Notes under the pieces: generated by a model
What the model was told of the DNA's origin: nothing
The model's input: the letters and a program-made list of their open reading frames with translations, nothing else
Databases searched by the model: none
Sequence record: MH791411.1
Strand: one strand, 5' to 3'
Length of the DNA: 64,000 bases
Made by a program: the position numbers and the translations under genes
Shown here: piece by piece, positions 8,968 through 17,550 of the stretch
Position numbering within the stretch: position 1 is the first letter of the stretch
How the letters are laid out: each line of letters begins with the position of its first letter

Positions 8968-9436
8968 ATTTGACCTCGTTGGGATATTTCTTCATTAACT
9001 CATGTAAACGTTGAATTTCCTGATTTTTCTTATGTTCTTCATCATACTTCTTAGAAAGATTCTTTCTTGTATTTGTTTCTAATAATCTAAAATTAGTACA
9101 GAATCTATCATTTTTAGCAACGTTCTTACGTAACGCATCAAAAACAGTACTGAAATAGTTATCCAATGGAAAAGAAGTATCAGTGTAATTATAAAAATCC
9201 ATTACATTTGTCATGTTCACATGTTCAATTACCGCACCATTGTGCGTTACAATAAACATTATATCACCATAATTACAATTTGCATCAGTACGGTACAGAT
9301 ATAAATGATCACGTAAATAATCTTTTAATTTATGTTCAATACCACTTTGTTCAGTACTTTGAAATACCAAAACTTCACCATAGATTGTATTACCTTCATA
9401 ATCATTTGGTTCGCGGATAATTGTAAGGTTATACAT
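8957..9436 (-). CDS. hypothetical protein
   Basis: 159 aa ORF. Confidence 0.75.
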   Translation of the reverse strand: MYNLTIIREPNDYEGNTIYGEVLVFQSTEQSGIEHKLKDYLRDHLYLYRTDANCNYGDIMFIVTHNGAVIEHVNMTNVMDFYNYTDTSFPLDNYFSTVFDALRKNVAKNDRFCTNFRLLETNTRKNLSKKYDEEHKKNQEIQRLHELMKKYPNEVKYGS

Positions 9437-9444
9437 ATAACTCC

Positions 9445-9735
9445 TTATACCGGAGATACGGTACTCAGCATTAGTAGAGCAGTGTTTTCATCAATTTCAT
9501 GTTGATTGTCGCACACTAGTGTTTCCAATAGGTCTGGATTGTAATAATAATGTTCATAATCTGTATCATTTGGAATATGGTGATAGGTGAATACAATGTC
9601 AAATACATCATCATCATTTTCACTTTTGAAACGCTTTAATTCTTCTACACTTTCAACAAAACCATACTCTTCAAAAGCAGTAGTACCATCAGTAAGTTTC
9701 ATCCATGCACTTGCGACAATTTTCATAAATTTCAA
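9445..9735 (-). CDS. hypothetical protein
   Basis: 96 aa ORF. Confidence 0.7.
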   Translation of the reverse strand: MKFMKIVASAWMKLTDGTTAFEEYGFVESVEELKRFKSENDDDVFDIVFTYHHIPNDTDYEHYYYNPDLLETLVCDNQHEIDENTALLMLSTVSPV

Positions 9736-9739
9736 ATCC

Positions 9740-10327
9740 TTATTCTTTTGTAATGTTTAGTTTAGAAACGAAATGGTTTTTTGCTTCTTCAAATGTCATT
9801 GAAGTATATACTGGGTTCCAATTATCGTCAAGATCTGTAAGTACTTTAACTTCCATTACATCTTCAGGTGTGTAGAATTGCCATGTGTTATGATCTGGTT
9901 CATAATTAGGGTCTAGTGTGAAAACTGTTCCATTCTGACCATAAACTTGTCCATCCTCTAATAGCTCACGAAATAAGTCTTCCCCAGTTGTTGGGTCTTC
10001 GTATGCATTATAAAAAGGAAAAACAACATTCTCAACATCAGTTCGGGTAGTACCATCGTCTTCATCATATTCAACCAAACGGTCCTGATGAAATACTAGG
10101 TCAATAGCACCAATGCGAGGTTTATTATGTGGAGTTTTGATTTCTTGCTGGGAATTGTAATCCATACGTTCAGTACTGATGAATACACCACTTGGTGTGA
10201 TTTCAATACCAGATACATTTTCTGGTGAATAATAAGAGTCACACATATCATCAATATGCATGTGCTCATGATACACTTCCATTTCAGGGTTCTGCATCAA
10301 CAGTGCTGCTAGGTCTTTTGCTTTCAA
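9740..10327 (-). CDS. hypothetical protein (paralog of 11067..11684)
   Basis: MKAKDLAALL...ITPSGVF...YTPEDV matches MKSHDLAKLL...VTPSGIF...YTPDDI. Confidence 0.8.
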   Translation of the reverse strand: MKAKDLAALLMQNPEMEVYHEHMHIDDMCDSYYSPENVSGIEITPSGVFISTERMDYNSQQEIKTPHNKPRIGAIDLVFHQDRLVEYDEDDGTTRTDVENVVFPFYNAYEDPTTGEDLFRELLEDGQVYGQNGTVFTLDPNYEPDHNTWQFYTPEDVMEVKVLTDLDDNWNPVYTSMTFEEAKNHFVSKLNITKE

Positions 10328-10716
10328 TCTTCAATCTCCATAGAGTCATCACTTTCGTAATCATCACTAGTGTACTTAGTTTTTACCTCAATACCATTCT
10401 CATGAAGGTATGTGATAAAGCCATTACCATGAACGAATTGATTATAATATGTATTTTCTTCTACATGTGAGTCATAATCATCTTCGTAATATGTGGGCAT
10501 TGTAACATCATGACCAGCACTTTGCAAGTACTGGAACAATTCTTTCAGAACTACTTCGATATCACCTTCTTCTGTGCCATAACAATATGCAGGTTCACCG
10601 TGAGTGAATTTGAATCCTTTACAGGAAACTGTATAAATGTCACTCATGTTCATACCACAATCATCACATTCATGTATAGAACAATGCTGGTGGAATTTAA
10701 TCTTTTTGATTTGCAT
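10324..10716 (-). CDS. hypothetical protein, possible metal-binding N-terminus
   Basis: HHCxxHECDDC motif. Confidence 0.7.
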   Translation of the reverse strand: MQIKKIKFHQHCSIHECDDCGMNMSDIYTVSCKGFKFTHGEPAYCYGTEEGDIEVVLKELFQYLQSAGHDVTMPTYYEDDYDSHVEENTYYNQFVHGNGFITYLHENGIEVKTKYTSDDYESDDSMEIED

Positions 10717-11050
10717 TTAGAAAATCCTGTAAAGATGTAGTAGACATTGGACTATCAGCACCATCATACCACAGTGATGTATATGGCTGAACTGAACTAA
10801 TATCAATACAGAATCCTTCACGCTCACATTTTCGAGCGAATTCTTCAGTAGTTAGTTTGTTACCAAAAGAAATCTCAAATTCATAACTAGACATATCAAT
10901 ATCAGTACTGTAAATCAATGTACCATCATATGTAATATGGAGTTTAGAATCTGCGTCAAAAAGACGATCTGAAATAGCTTCATAATCATCTTCAGGAACT
11001 GCTTCAATAAGACGGGCCATTAGTCCAGATGTTACGCGGTAATCACTCAT
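10697..11050 (-). CDS. hypothetical protein
   Basis: 117 aa ORF. Confidence 0.75.
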   Translation of the reverse strand: MSDYRVTSGLMARLIEAVPEDDYEAISDRLFDADSKLHITYDGTLIYSTDIDMSSYEFEISFGNKLTTEEFARKCEREGFCIDISSVQPYTSLWYDGADSPMSTTSLQDFLNANQKD

Positions 11051-11066
11051 TTTTTAATCCTTTTTT

Positions 11067-11684
11067 TTATTTTTCAAGTTTATCAATAATAGAAGGTGAT
11101 ACTTTTACATTGAATTCAGAATCAGGAAAATCTTTAGAAAATGAATCAATTTGTTCTTGTGAAAGTTCTTCTTTTTGTGGAAATAACATTTTAACTAAAT
11201 TTTTACCACATTCAATTGCTTCATCATACGACATAGTTTCCCATGTTCCATGCCAAGTACTAGGTTCATATTCTGTCAGTACAGAAATGAAATCAATATC
11301 ATCGGGTGTATACCAAACAGCATTTTGATTCCCTGATGGTGCTGATTGATTTTTACCTAATAAAACAATTGGCTTTTCATAAGGAATGTTAAATATCAAC
11401 CCAGATTCTAAGTTAAGAACAGTTTGAATAGATGAACCCTCCAATTTTGGAGTAATAGTACCATCCTTAAAGAAAATTTGTACATGACCCAAGAGTGGGG
11501 TTTCATATGGTGTAAGTACATTTTCAGAAACTGATGTGGGTTTTGCCGTTGTGAAAATACCAGATGGGGTGACCATTAATTTATTATCAAAATTCTGATA
11601 ATGCAATTCACTATCCACATCATAATGATAAATGTCTAGATTTGGTTGAGATAGTAGTAATTTTGCTAAATCATGAGATTTCAT
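11067..11684 (-). CDS. hypothetical protein (paralog of 9740..10327)
   Basis: start reassigned to MKSHD at 11684 after GGAG RBS. Confidence 0.8.
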   Translation of the reverse strand: MKSHDLAKLLLSQPNLDIYHYDVDSELHYQNFDNKLMVTPSGIFTTAKPTSVSENVLTPYETPLLGHVQIFFKDGTITPKLEGSSIQTVLNLESGLIFNIPYEKPIVLLGKNQSAPSGNQNAVWYTPDDIDFISVLTEYEPSTWHGTWETMSYDEAIECGKNLVKMLFPQKEELSQEQIDSFSKDFPDSEFNVKVSPSIIDKLEK

Positions 11685-11696
11685 TTTATTTCTCCA

Positions 11697-11725
11697 AAAG
11701 AAAAGGAGAGTCACAATGACTCTCC
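11697..11725 (-). terminator. intrinsic terminator
   Basis: GGAGAGTCA/TGACTCTCC 9-bp stem plus U-tract. Confidence 0.8.
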
Positions 11726-11732
11726 ATATATT

Positions 11733-12173
11733 TTATTGTAAAACTTTGAGTTTGTAAAGCATTCCTTCACAAAAACTCATAATGTCTTCTAGCGTGTTAG
11801 TACTACCATAGTCTTCAGCCTCTTCTAGCATAGCATGAATGGCTTTACATTGACTAACATATTCTTCAAGAATTGGTACACAATCCTCGATAGGGGTAAA
11901 ACGATAACTGTTACCAGTACCTACCTGCAATGCCCCGCGAGTGTTCATAATACCCTCTACAAATGCATCAACGTACTCAGGTAACTCTTTGTATAGTTCA
12001 TCCAATTGTAGGTGCTTCGTGTAGAAATGGCTCTGTAAATGCCAGTTGTGAGCAGCAGCACTTAAAAATAAACTATTCTCAATAAATGTAAGTAGTACTT
12101 CATCATAAGAACTATCTTCTTCAGTATCTCCGATAAAGTCCATTACATGTCGTAAATCATTAATATTTTCCAT
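11733..12173 (-). CDS. ferritin/Dps-like protein
   Basis: AHNWHLQS...HLQLDELY-EL---VDAFVE ferroxidase-type pattern. Confidence 0.75.
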   Translation of the reverse strand: MENINDLRHVMDFIGDTEEDSSYDEVLLTFIENSLFLSAAAHNWHLQSHFYTKHLQLDELYKELPEYVDAFVEGIMNTRGALQVGTGNSYRFTPIEDCVPILEEYVSQCKAIHAMLEEAEDYGSTNTLEDIMSFCEGMLYKLKVLQ

Positions 12174-12203
12174 AAATCTCTCCTTAGAGTTATTCTATGG
12201 TAT

Positions 12204-12632
12204 TTAGTTAATAATAAAGGTAACTTCAGGATTCATTTCTGAAACTGCATTTCTCTTACTTCTATTCCATAGTACTCTATTGTTATATAATGAAGAATCA
12301 CAAATTATAAGTAAGCAATTCCTTAATCTACTTACAGTACTTTGATTACTTAAATCAGTTTCTGTAACAAAAAATACATTATCAGGAACTTCTACAGGAA
12401 TTGATTTATCAAAGAAGAAAACTACAATAGGTCTGTTTGTATGAACTAAATTAATAAAGTCTAAAATACTGTTATAAAATTCAGTTCCTTTGTTTAAACT
12501 TAATGGATCTTTGATTCTCTTCAAATAGGTCTGAACCAAATTATGATCGCTTTTGATTTGATACTCAAAATATTCTTTGAATAACATTTGTGTTAATTCA
12601 GATGTATTGGATATTTTCGTTGTGTTACTCAT
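12204..12632 (-). CDS. hypothetical protein
   Basis: 142 aa ORF directly downstream of non-coding element copy 1. Confidence 0.7.
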   Translation of the reverse strand: MSNTTKISNTSELTQMLFKEYFEYQIKSDHNLVQTYLKRIKDPLSLNKGTEFYNSILDFINLVHTNRPIVVFFFDKSIPVEVPDNVFFVTETDLSNQSTVSRLRNCLLIICDSSLYNNRVLWNRSKRNAVSEMNPEVTFIIN

Positions 12633-12718
12633 TCACTTCGTTCTCTCGTAACTCAAGAAGTCACTACGTTTACTTCGTAAACTAGTTCCTTCTGAAAATG
12701 ATAATGTACTTTAAAAGC

Positions 12719-13287
12719 TTGACGGGATTTGTTGAGGACTATTTCATCCCCCCGCAGGGGAATGAAGGTAATAAAAAAGAGACAATTAAGTCTCTCTTGA
12801 CGATGATGGCATCGGATATTATCGAATTGCGAATTTCTCAAATTTTGGACGGATCTTTCCTGTACCAAAATTTAGAGAGCGAAAGCGGGTTGCTCGGTTT
12901 CTCTCTATCGCAGTCATATGCAACGGTCGCTGGTCTTTTCATCAACAGCACTCAGTACTAAACTCTATTCGATCAAAGTAGTACCTGTTCTCAAATTTTG
13001 GACGCAACTTTCTTGTAAAATCGCGTCCACAATCCTTGAACTCCCTTAGCAAATTCGTAAGGTGCGAACCTTATACATCTATCTAGGAACTCTCTGTGTG
13101 CTTATTGGAGTTCTTTATACAGCCGTGTCGCCGTGATTCGTGGTCTTATCTCGTGTTTGTTTGATTGCCAGTACTCTAACAGGTTTCTTTTGCTGTTCGC
13201 TACAACGGTAAAGCTCATCTATCCTTTACATTTTCAAGAGAAGTAGGTTCTCATTATCCATTTTTCAATGTCCGTTGTCATTTTACA
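12719..13287 (-). ncRNA. candidate large structured ncRNA, copy 1 (about 570 nt, family not recognised)
   Basis: gene-free gap; multiple blocks nearly identical to 63533-64000; stems with G-U-compatible changes on minus strand; own promoter motif at 13294-13321. Confidence 0.7.
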
Positions 13288-13293
13288 ATATAC

Positions 13294-13321
13294 ATTATAT
13301 CACTAGGATGTATTATGTCCC
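13294..13321 (-). promoter_or_regulatory. putative promoter for the ncRNA candidate
   Basis: GGGACAtaatacatcctagTGATATAAT. Confidence 0.7.
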
Positions 13322-13322
13322 G

Positions 13323-13736
13323 TTACATGTATACCTTTTTCAAATCCTTGGAACAACGGTCAAAAATTGTGTTGATGAATTCGACATCCTCTTTGATATT
13401 GGAGTCTATAGCATCATTCTCGTTTCTTGTTGTGTTCCTGTATTTGTGTTCAGGGTGATTGTATACCACCTTGACTACATTATTTAGGTCTACAAAAAAT
13501 GACGATTTTTGCGTATAGGAAGCCTGAAGCTTGATGAGTTTACCATCGTTTTGTAGATTAGTCTTGTGAATTAGTTCTTCAATACCATCTAAATGGCTAT
13601 AGCTATCCTGTTCTTTGACGAATGTAACAGTTACCAGTACTGACTTCTCATCTCCAAAGTCAGAGATATTTTTAACAGCACTGATGATTTCTAAGTTTGA
13701 AAAATCTAATTCTTTTAGCATTACAAATATTTCCAC
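13323..13736 (-). CDS. hypothetical protein
   Basis: 137 aa ORF. Confidence 0.7.
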   Translation of the reverse strand: MEIFVMLKELDFSNLEIISAVKNISDFGDEKSVLVTVTFVKEQDSYSHLDGIEELIHKTNLQNDGKLIKLQASYTQKSSFFVDLNNVVKVVYNHPEHKYRNTTRNENDAIDSNIKEDVEFINTIFDRCSKDLKKVYM

Positions 13737-14077
13737 AAAGTTCGATAAGTGATAATTTCTTCTCTGGTAACAGAAACTTCATAGCACTTAACACCATCAG
13801 TTTCATTTCTGAATGGTTCTGCTGGTCTATCTTCTGTTAAACCTCGTTCATACGTACAATGATAATATTTGTTCGTGTTCATGTCAAGAAAAACTAGATC
13901 AAATTCTTCTGTCCATCGTCTATGCCCTTTACTTTCATTACTAATGATTTTGTACTTAACATCGGGATTGAATGATTCAGTACTGTCATCCCATGTACCA
14001 TAGTCAGTATATTCATCATCTTCATCTAACTCTGCCAGATGCCACATTAACTGCGGTAAAAAGATTTTAGATTTCAT
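13721..14077 (-). CDS. hypothetical protein
   Basis: 118 aa ORF with GGAG RBS. Confidence 0.75.
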   Translation of the reverse strand: MKSKIFLPQLMWHLAELDEDDEYTDYGTWDDSTESFNPDVKYKIISNESKGHRRWTEEFDLVFLDMNTNKYYHCTYERGLTEDRPAEPFRNETDGVKCYEVSVTREEIITYRTLWKYL

Positions 14078-14088
14078 TTATTTTCTCC

Positions 14089-14122
14089 AAAAAAATAGGG
14101 ACTCGATTTCTCAAGTCCCTAT
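14089..14122 (-). terminator. intrinsic terminator
   Basis: ATAGGGACT/AGTCCCTAT stem plus U-tract. Confidence 0.8.
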
Positions 14123-14131
14123 CATAACATA

Positions 14132-14743
14132 TTAATTGTGATTATTCAATTTCTTTTGTTCTTTTTTTAGAGCTTTCATATGTCGTCCAAAATCACGAAC
14201 ATGCCATATATGGTCGGTTTCCCATAGTTCTGTACGTAAACGGCGTTCTTCCAATTCTTCTGGCGTAGGAATTTTAGATTTCTTCTTATCTTTATTGAAA
14301 AAATCATTCATATGTTCTTCCAGTAGATTTCTACCCTTAACTTTTTCCAGGAATTCATCTACTGATTCAGTTTTATTAGAACGAAGACTGTTACAACGTG
14401 AACACATGGTGTTGTAATTTGACTCTAAATCAGGTCCACCCTTAGATGCTAGTTGGTTATGATCTACTGTCATCAGTACTTCATATAGACCACAAACTGC
14501 ATAGACATTTAAGTGAGGTTTACCATATACCGGATCAGTGCTATGTGAACGCTCAATGCGAACTTCAGTGGCTTCAATACCACACGCAACGCATTTACGA
14601 TTCTTAACGAATGTAAGTACTTTTTGTGGGAAGTATCGGAAAGTAACACCGTTATATGTATAGCGTTTCATCTGTGTACTTCTTTGATTTAACTCATCAA
14701 GAAGTGATAGTTTGGCAACATAGTAGACCTGATATTTTGACAT
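14132..14743 (-). CDS. HNH endonuclease family protein
   Basis: CVACG...MTVDHNQLASKGG...NYNTMCSRCN pattern (CxxC, DH, GG, N, CxxCN). Confidence 0.8.
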   Translation of the reverse strand: MSKYQVYYVAKLSLLDELNQRSTQMKRYTYNGVTFRYFPQKVLTFVKNRKCVACGIEATEVRIERSHSTDPVYGKPHLNVYAVCGLYEVLMTVDHNQLASKGGPDLESNYNTMCSRCNSLRSNKTESVDEFLEKVKGRNLLEEHMNDFFNKDKKKSKIPTPEELEERRLRTELWETDHIWHVRDFGRHMKALKKEQKKLNNHN

Positions 14744-14745
14744 TT

Positions 14746-15060
14746 TTAATCCTCGGATTTAATTTTAACCTTAACATCTTGATTTTGTAAATCACGAATA
14801 GTTTTAATTAATGCATCATGTTTTAGTGCACAGTCATTGTACATTGCATCCCATTTTACGAGTACTGCAAGAATTTCAGCACCATCATATCCTCTGAACC
14901 CGTTTTTATCGACCATGATTTTACTTGGTAGTGGTGTATTTTCGTCACAACGTTCAAGTAAGATTTCTTGTTCTACAATTGGCTTAGGTTGATACTTAAT
15001 TTCTTCAGCACAACCACTAATTAATAGAAAAGAAATTGCAAATACTAAAGCGTATTTCAT
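14746..15060 (-). CDS. o-spanin (Rz1-like outer-membrane lipoprotein)
   Basis: lipobox LLISGC, internal Cys, adjacent to i-spanin. Confidence 0.8.
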   Translation of the reverse strand: MKYALVFAISFLLISGCAEEIKYQPKPIVEQEILLERCDENTPLPSKIMVDKNGFRGYDGAEILAVLVKWDAMYNDCALKHDALIKTIRDLQNQDVKVKIKSED

Positions 15061-15431
15061 TTGAATTTATTCCTCGCTGCAAGGGAATTCTGTTTAAGTT
15101 CATTCAGAAGTTTAACGCCATCTTCATCTAGACATACGTTTTTGTAAACTTCTCTTTCTACTATAATAGGCACTTGTGTCTCAATAACTTTAGCATTATC
15201 TTGCATTATCTTTTTGGTTTCTATATAGTTTTTTGCATTTTCTTGCTGCATCTTAGCGAGTGCAGAATCAACTTTCTTTTCTATTTTTTGGTCAATACTT
15301 TCTTTATAACCAGTATAATAAGTATTTGCTGACCATCCACCGTAAACACAACCTGCCATTACTCCTACTACCAAAATTGGTTTCCAATATGGTATTAAAA
15401 CTTTTGAAACAATAATTTCTAGTACACTCAT
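15057..15431 (-). CDS. i-spanin (Rz-like)
   Basis: N-terminal TM, coiled coil, C-terminal CLD motif, overlaps o-spanin start. Confidence 0.8.
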   Translation of the reverse strand: MSVLEIIVSKVLIPYWKPILVVGVMAGCVYGGWSANTYYTGYKESIDQKIEKKVDSALAKMQQENAKNYIETKKIMQDNAKVIETQVPIIVEREVYKNVCLDEDGVKLLNELKQNSLAARNKFK

Positions 15432-15484
15432 AATAACATCTCCTATAGTTGGTAATATTATTTAGAGTGTACTATATTATATGT

Positions 15485-15901
15485 TTACAACATTTTTTGA
15501 ATATGATCTACGAGTTTATACAGTTTAGTGTTTTCATTCTCGTATTCCAAATCAACTTCAACTTTGAATTCTTCTTCAAGTTCCATGATCATTTCAATCC
15601 AGTCAAGCCAATCGAATTTAAATTTTTCCACGACTTCACATTTAGTAAGATGGAAGTTCATTGATACATCTTTTTCGGATGCATTTTTGTCGCGACTTGT
15701 AATGAATTTGACAATTGCTTTTTCAACGTCAGTTAATTCACGAGTGCGATATTCTGGTTCAAGATACCATTCGCCATTATTGATAGCTTCCAACGAAAGT
15801 CTAAGTTCATGCATTAGTTTATAACGATCAGTACTTTTATGGATGCGGTTAACTTCGCGATTCAGTACACGTAGTGCGTCTTTGATTTGTTCGTTTAGCA
15901 T
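15485..15901 (-). CDS. protein with C-terminal acyl-carrier-protein-like domain lacking the Ppant serine
   Basis: FKFDWLDWIEMIMELEEEFKVEV aligns with ACP [23 protein letters not shown]; start at MLNEQ after GAGG RBS. Confidence 0.7.
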   Translation of the reverse strand: MLNEQIKDALRVLNREVNRIHKSTDRYKLMHELRLSLEAINNGEWYLEPEYRTRELTDVEKAIVKFITSRDKNASEKDVSMNFHLTKCEVVEKFKFDWLDWIEMIMELEEEFKVEVDLEYENENTKLYKLVDHIQKML

Positions 15902-15911
15902 AACAATCCTC

Positions 15912-17150
15912 TTATTTTTTACTGTACCATTGCATTTCACGGATATCTAATAGTACCTTCGTAGCCAACTTTATGTTTGGTCGCTTCGGTAGATGGGTCT
16001 TATGATACGCCACATTTCGGATGTAGTCAACCTTTTCGTTGAAATAATCCATAACTTCTTGATACAACCACTTCCCGTTACGAATGTCCATCAACATAGC
16101 AGCATCCGGTCGGTGAACTTGGATGATACCAGTTTCAAGTGCTTCCTGTGCTGTATTCAGCAGCCTGACTGTATGCATTGCGTGTTTACAATCATAACCG
16201 TGGTGTGATTCAAGAATAGCACGTTTGGCATTACGATTCTGCTTCCATTTGTGATAACTCTTACGGTTCTCACTATTTTCTTTGTATTCTTTTTCATTGA
16301 ATTTTACAATGAGTTCAGGACGAACTTTCAATTCTTCTGTAGTACGTTCTTTGTTGAAGTAACGTAGTGAACCATCAGCATTCACTGTACTTTCATTCGG
16401 GTTGATAATTACCCCAAAGATGTTTTCACCGTAATGGATTAGTTCATATCCAGAATTGTAATTCAATAAATTGAAATCACGATCTAATACTTTATCAGTA
16501 CTATAATTATGTACTAAACGTACAAAATGATATTGTTTCAATGCTTGTGTTGAAACTAATTGTAATGAAGTATCACGCATGTATTTTTCAAAATCAATTT
16601 TTGTAGCATTGAATGGGTGAAGATTGGATTTATTCAAACGGTCAACCAAATACTGCGGAAATGTATCATACATCCATGAAAGTACTTCGTCAACTGGATG
16701 TTCTTCTAAAATTTCATTTAGTTTACGTTCAGCAATTCGTTCCTTATCGAGCCAGCCGTGGTGATTAGACATACGCTTAACCTGATTGTATGCATATCCA
16801 CTGTATGAGTGTGCAATCTTTGAACTCAATAATTGCTGATTGAATGAGCGTAGATAGTCATAGATTTCAGTACTTTCTACGATGTGTTCCGGTTTAACCC
16901 ATAGTGATTCAAGAATGTTTGGGTTAGCTTCAGTATACAGACTTAAGTACTGATTGATTTCATAAAATTTAGTATCTTCTTCAGAAGTATCTGAAACTTC
17001 CTTAACATTAAAAAAAGGAGTTAGGATATATTCTTTGTTTGCAAGGAAGATACCACGATAATCTGTATCACTTTCTGGTGTGCTTGTGCCATACGCCTGT
17101 GAACCAGCTAAGTGTTTCACAATAGTTTGTTCTAGAAAATTGTTTTTCAT
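15912..17150 (-). CDS. Pol-beta superfamily nucleotidyltransferase (YcgL/RlaP-like)
   Basis: LAGSQAYGTSTPESDTDYRGIF, ANPNILE, GYDCKHAMHTVRLL...IRNG motifs. Confidence 0.85.
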   Translation of the reverse strand: MKNNFLEQTIVKHLAGSQAYGTSTPESDTDYRGIFLANKEYILTPFFNVKEVSDTSEEDTKFYEINQYLSLYTEANPNILESLWVKPEHIVESTEIYDYLRSFNQQLLSSKIAHSYSGYAYNQVKRMSNHHGWLDKERIAERKLNEILEEHPVDEVLSWMYDTFPQYLVDRLNKSNLHPFNATKIDFEKYMRDTSLQLVSTQALKQYHFVRLVHNYSTDKVLDRDFNLLNYNSGYELIHYGENIFGVIINPNESTVNADGSLRYFNKERTTEELKVRPELIVKFNEKEYKENSENRKSYHKWKQNRNAKRAILESHHGYDCKHAMHTVRLLNTAQEALETGIIQVHRPDAAMLMDIRNGKWLYQEVMDYFNEKVDYIRNVAYHKTHLPKRPNIKLATKVLLDIREMQWYSKK

Positions 17151-17548
17151 AAGTAAATCGTTAACTCCTTTAGAAAACCATTATAGTATCGTTTAAAATC
17201 ATGATCCAGTACTTGATAGTCATTGTAACTAAATCCAAGATTGATGATGGTATCTTCTTGGAAGAATTTCTCTTCATTCATTACTTCGATGGGTTCGTAT
17301 TCTTTCCCACCTTTACATACTTTAGTAAAGAACATACCATCATTGTTAATTTCAACGTACATGAAATTATTTTCTGGATCTCGTGGACACACAATGTTTA
17401 GTGAACTTGTCCCATTGTTATTATATTCGTATGAAATAATATCAAAAGAATCGATGCCATAACATTTGGACTTTTCTTTGTCACCAAAGACTTTTCTATC
17501 TGTACTCATATTGCGTATAGTACTGTAGATATCATCGATTGTAGTCAT
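17147..17548 (-). CDS. hypothetical protein (EE-FFQ paralog family)
   Basis: MNEEKFFQEDT motif. Confidence 0.75.
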   Translation of the reverse strand: MTTIDDIYSTIRNMSTDRKVFGDKEKSKCYGIDSFDIISYEYNNNGTSSLNIVCPRDPENNFMYVEINNDGMFFTKVCKGGKEYEPIEVMNEEKFFQEDTIINLGFSYNDYQVLDHDFKRYYNGFLKELTIYL

Positions 17549-17550
17549 AA

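Noticed and set aside
12719-12750. Plus-strand promoter from the conserved TTGACG
   Set aside because: No credible -10 at 16-18 nt in either copy; G-U pairing and the upstream promoter favour minus-strand transcription. Not fully excluded.
12730-12920. Group I intron interpretation (AUAGUCC resembling P7/S, GACUG resembling R)
   Set aside because: The motifs are not conserved in copy 2, and no flanking exon is interrupted.
12653-12961. ORFs 12653..12868 (-), 12698..12961 (+) and 63558..63773 (-) as proteins
   Set aside because: They overlap the duplicated element, but frames and peptides are not conserved between copies despite high nucleotide conservation.
12719-13287. tmRNA, RNase P RNA, 6S or retron identity
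   Set aside because: No tRNA-like TpsiC/CCA end, no GGAAAGUCC motif, and no reverse transcriptase in the window.
14132-14743. HNH gene as the effector of the ncRNA (HEARO/OMEGA-like)
   Set aside because: Separated from the element by a terminator and two genes; no HNH gene seen at copy 2 within the window.
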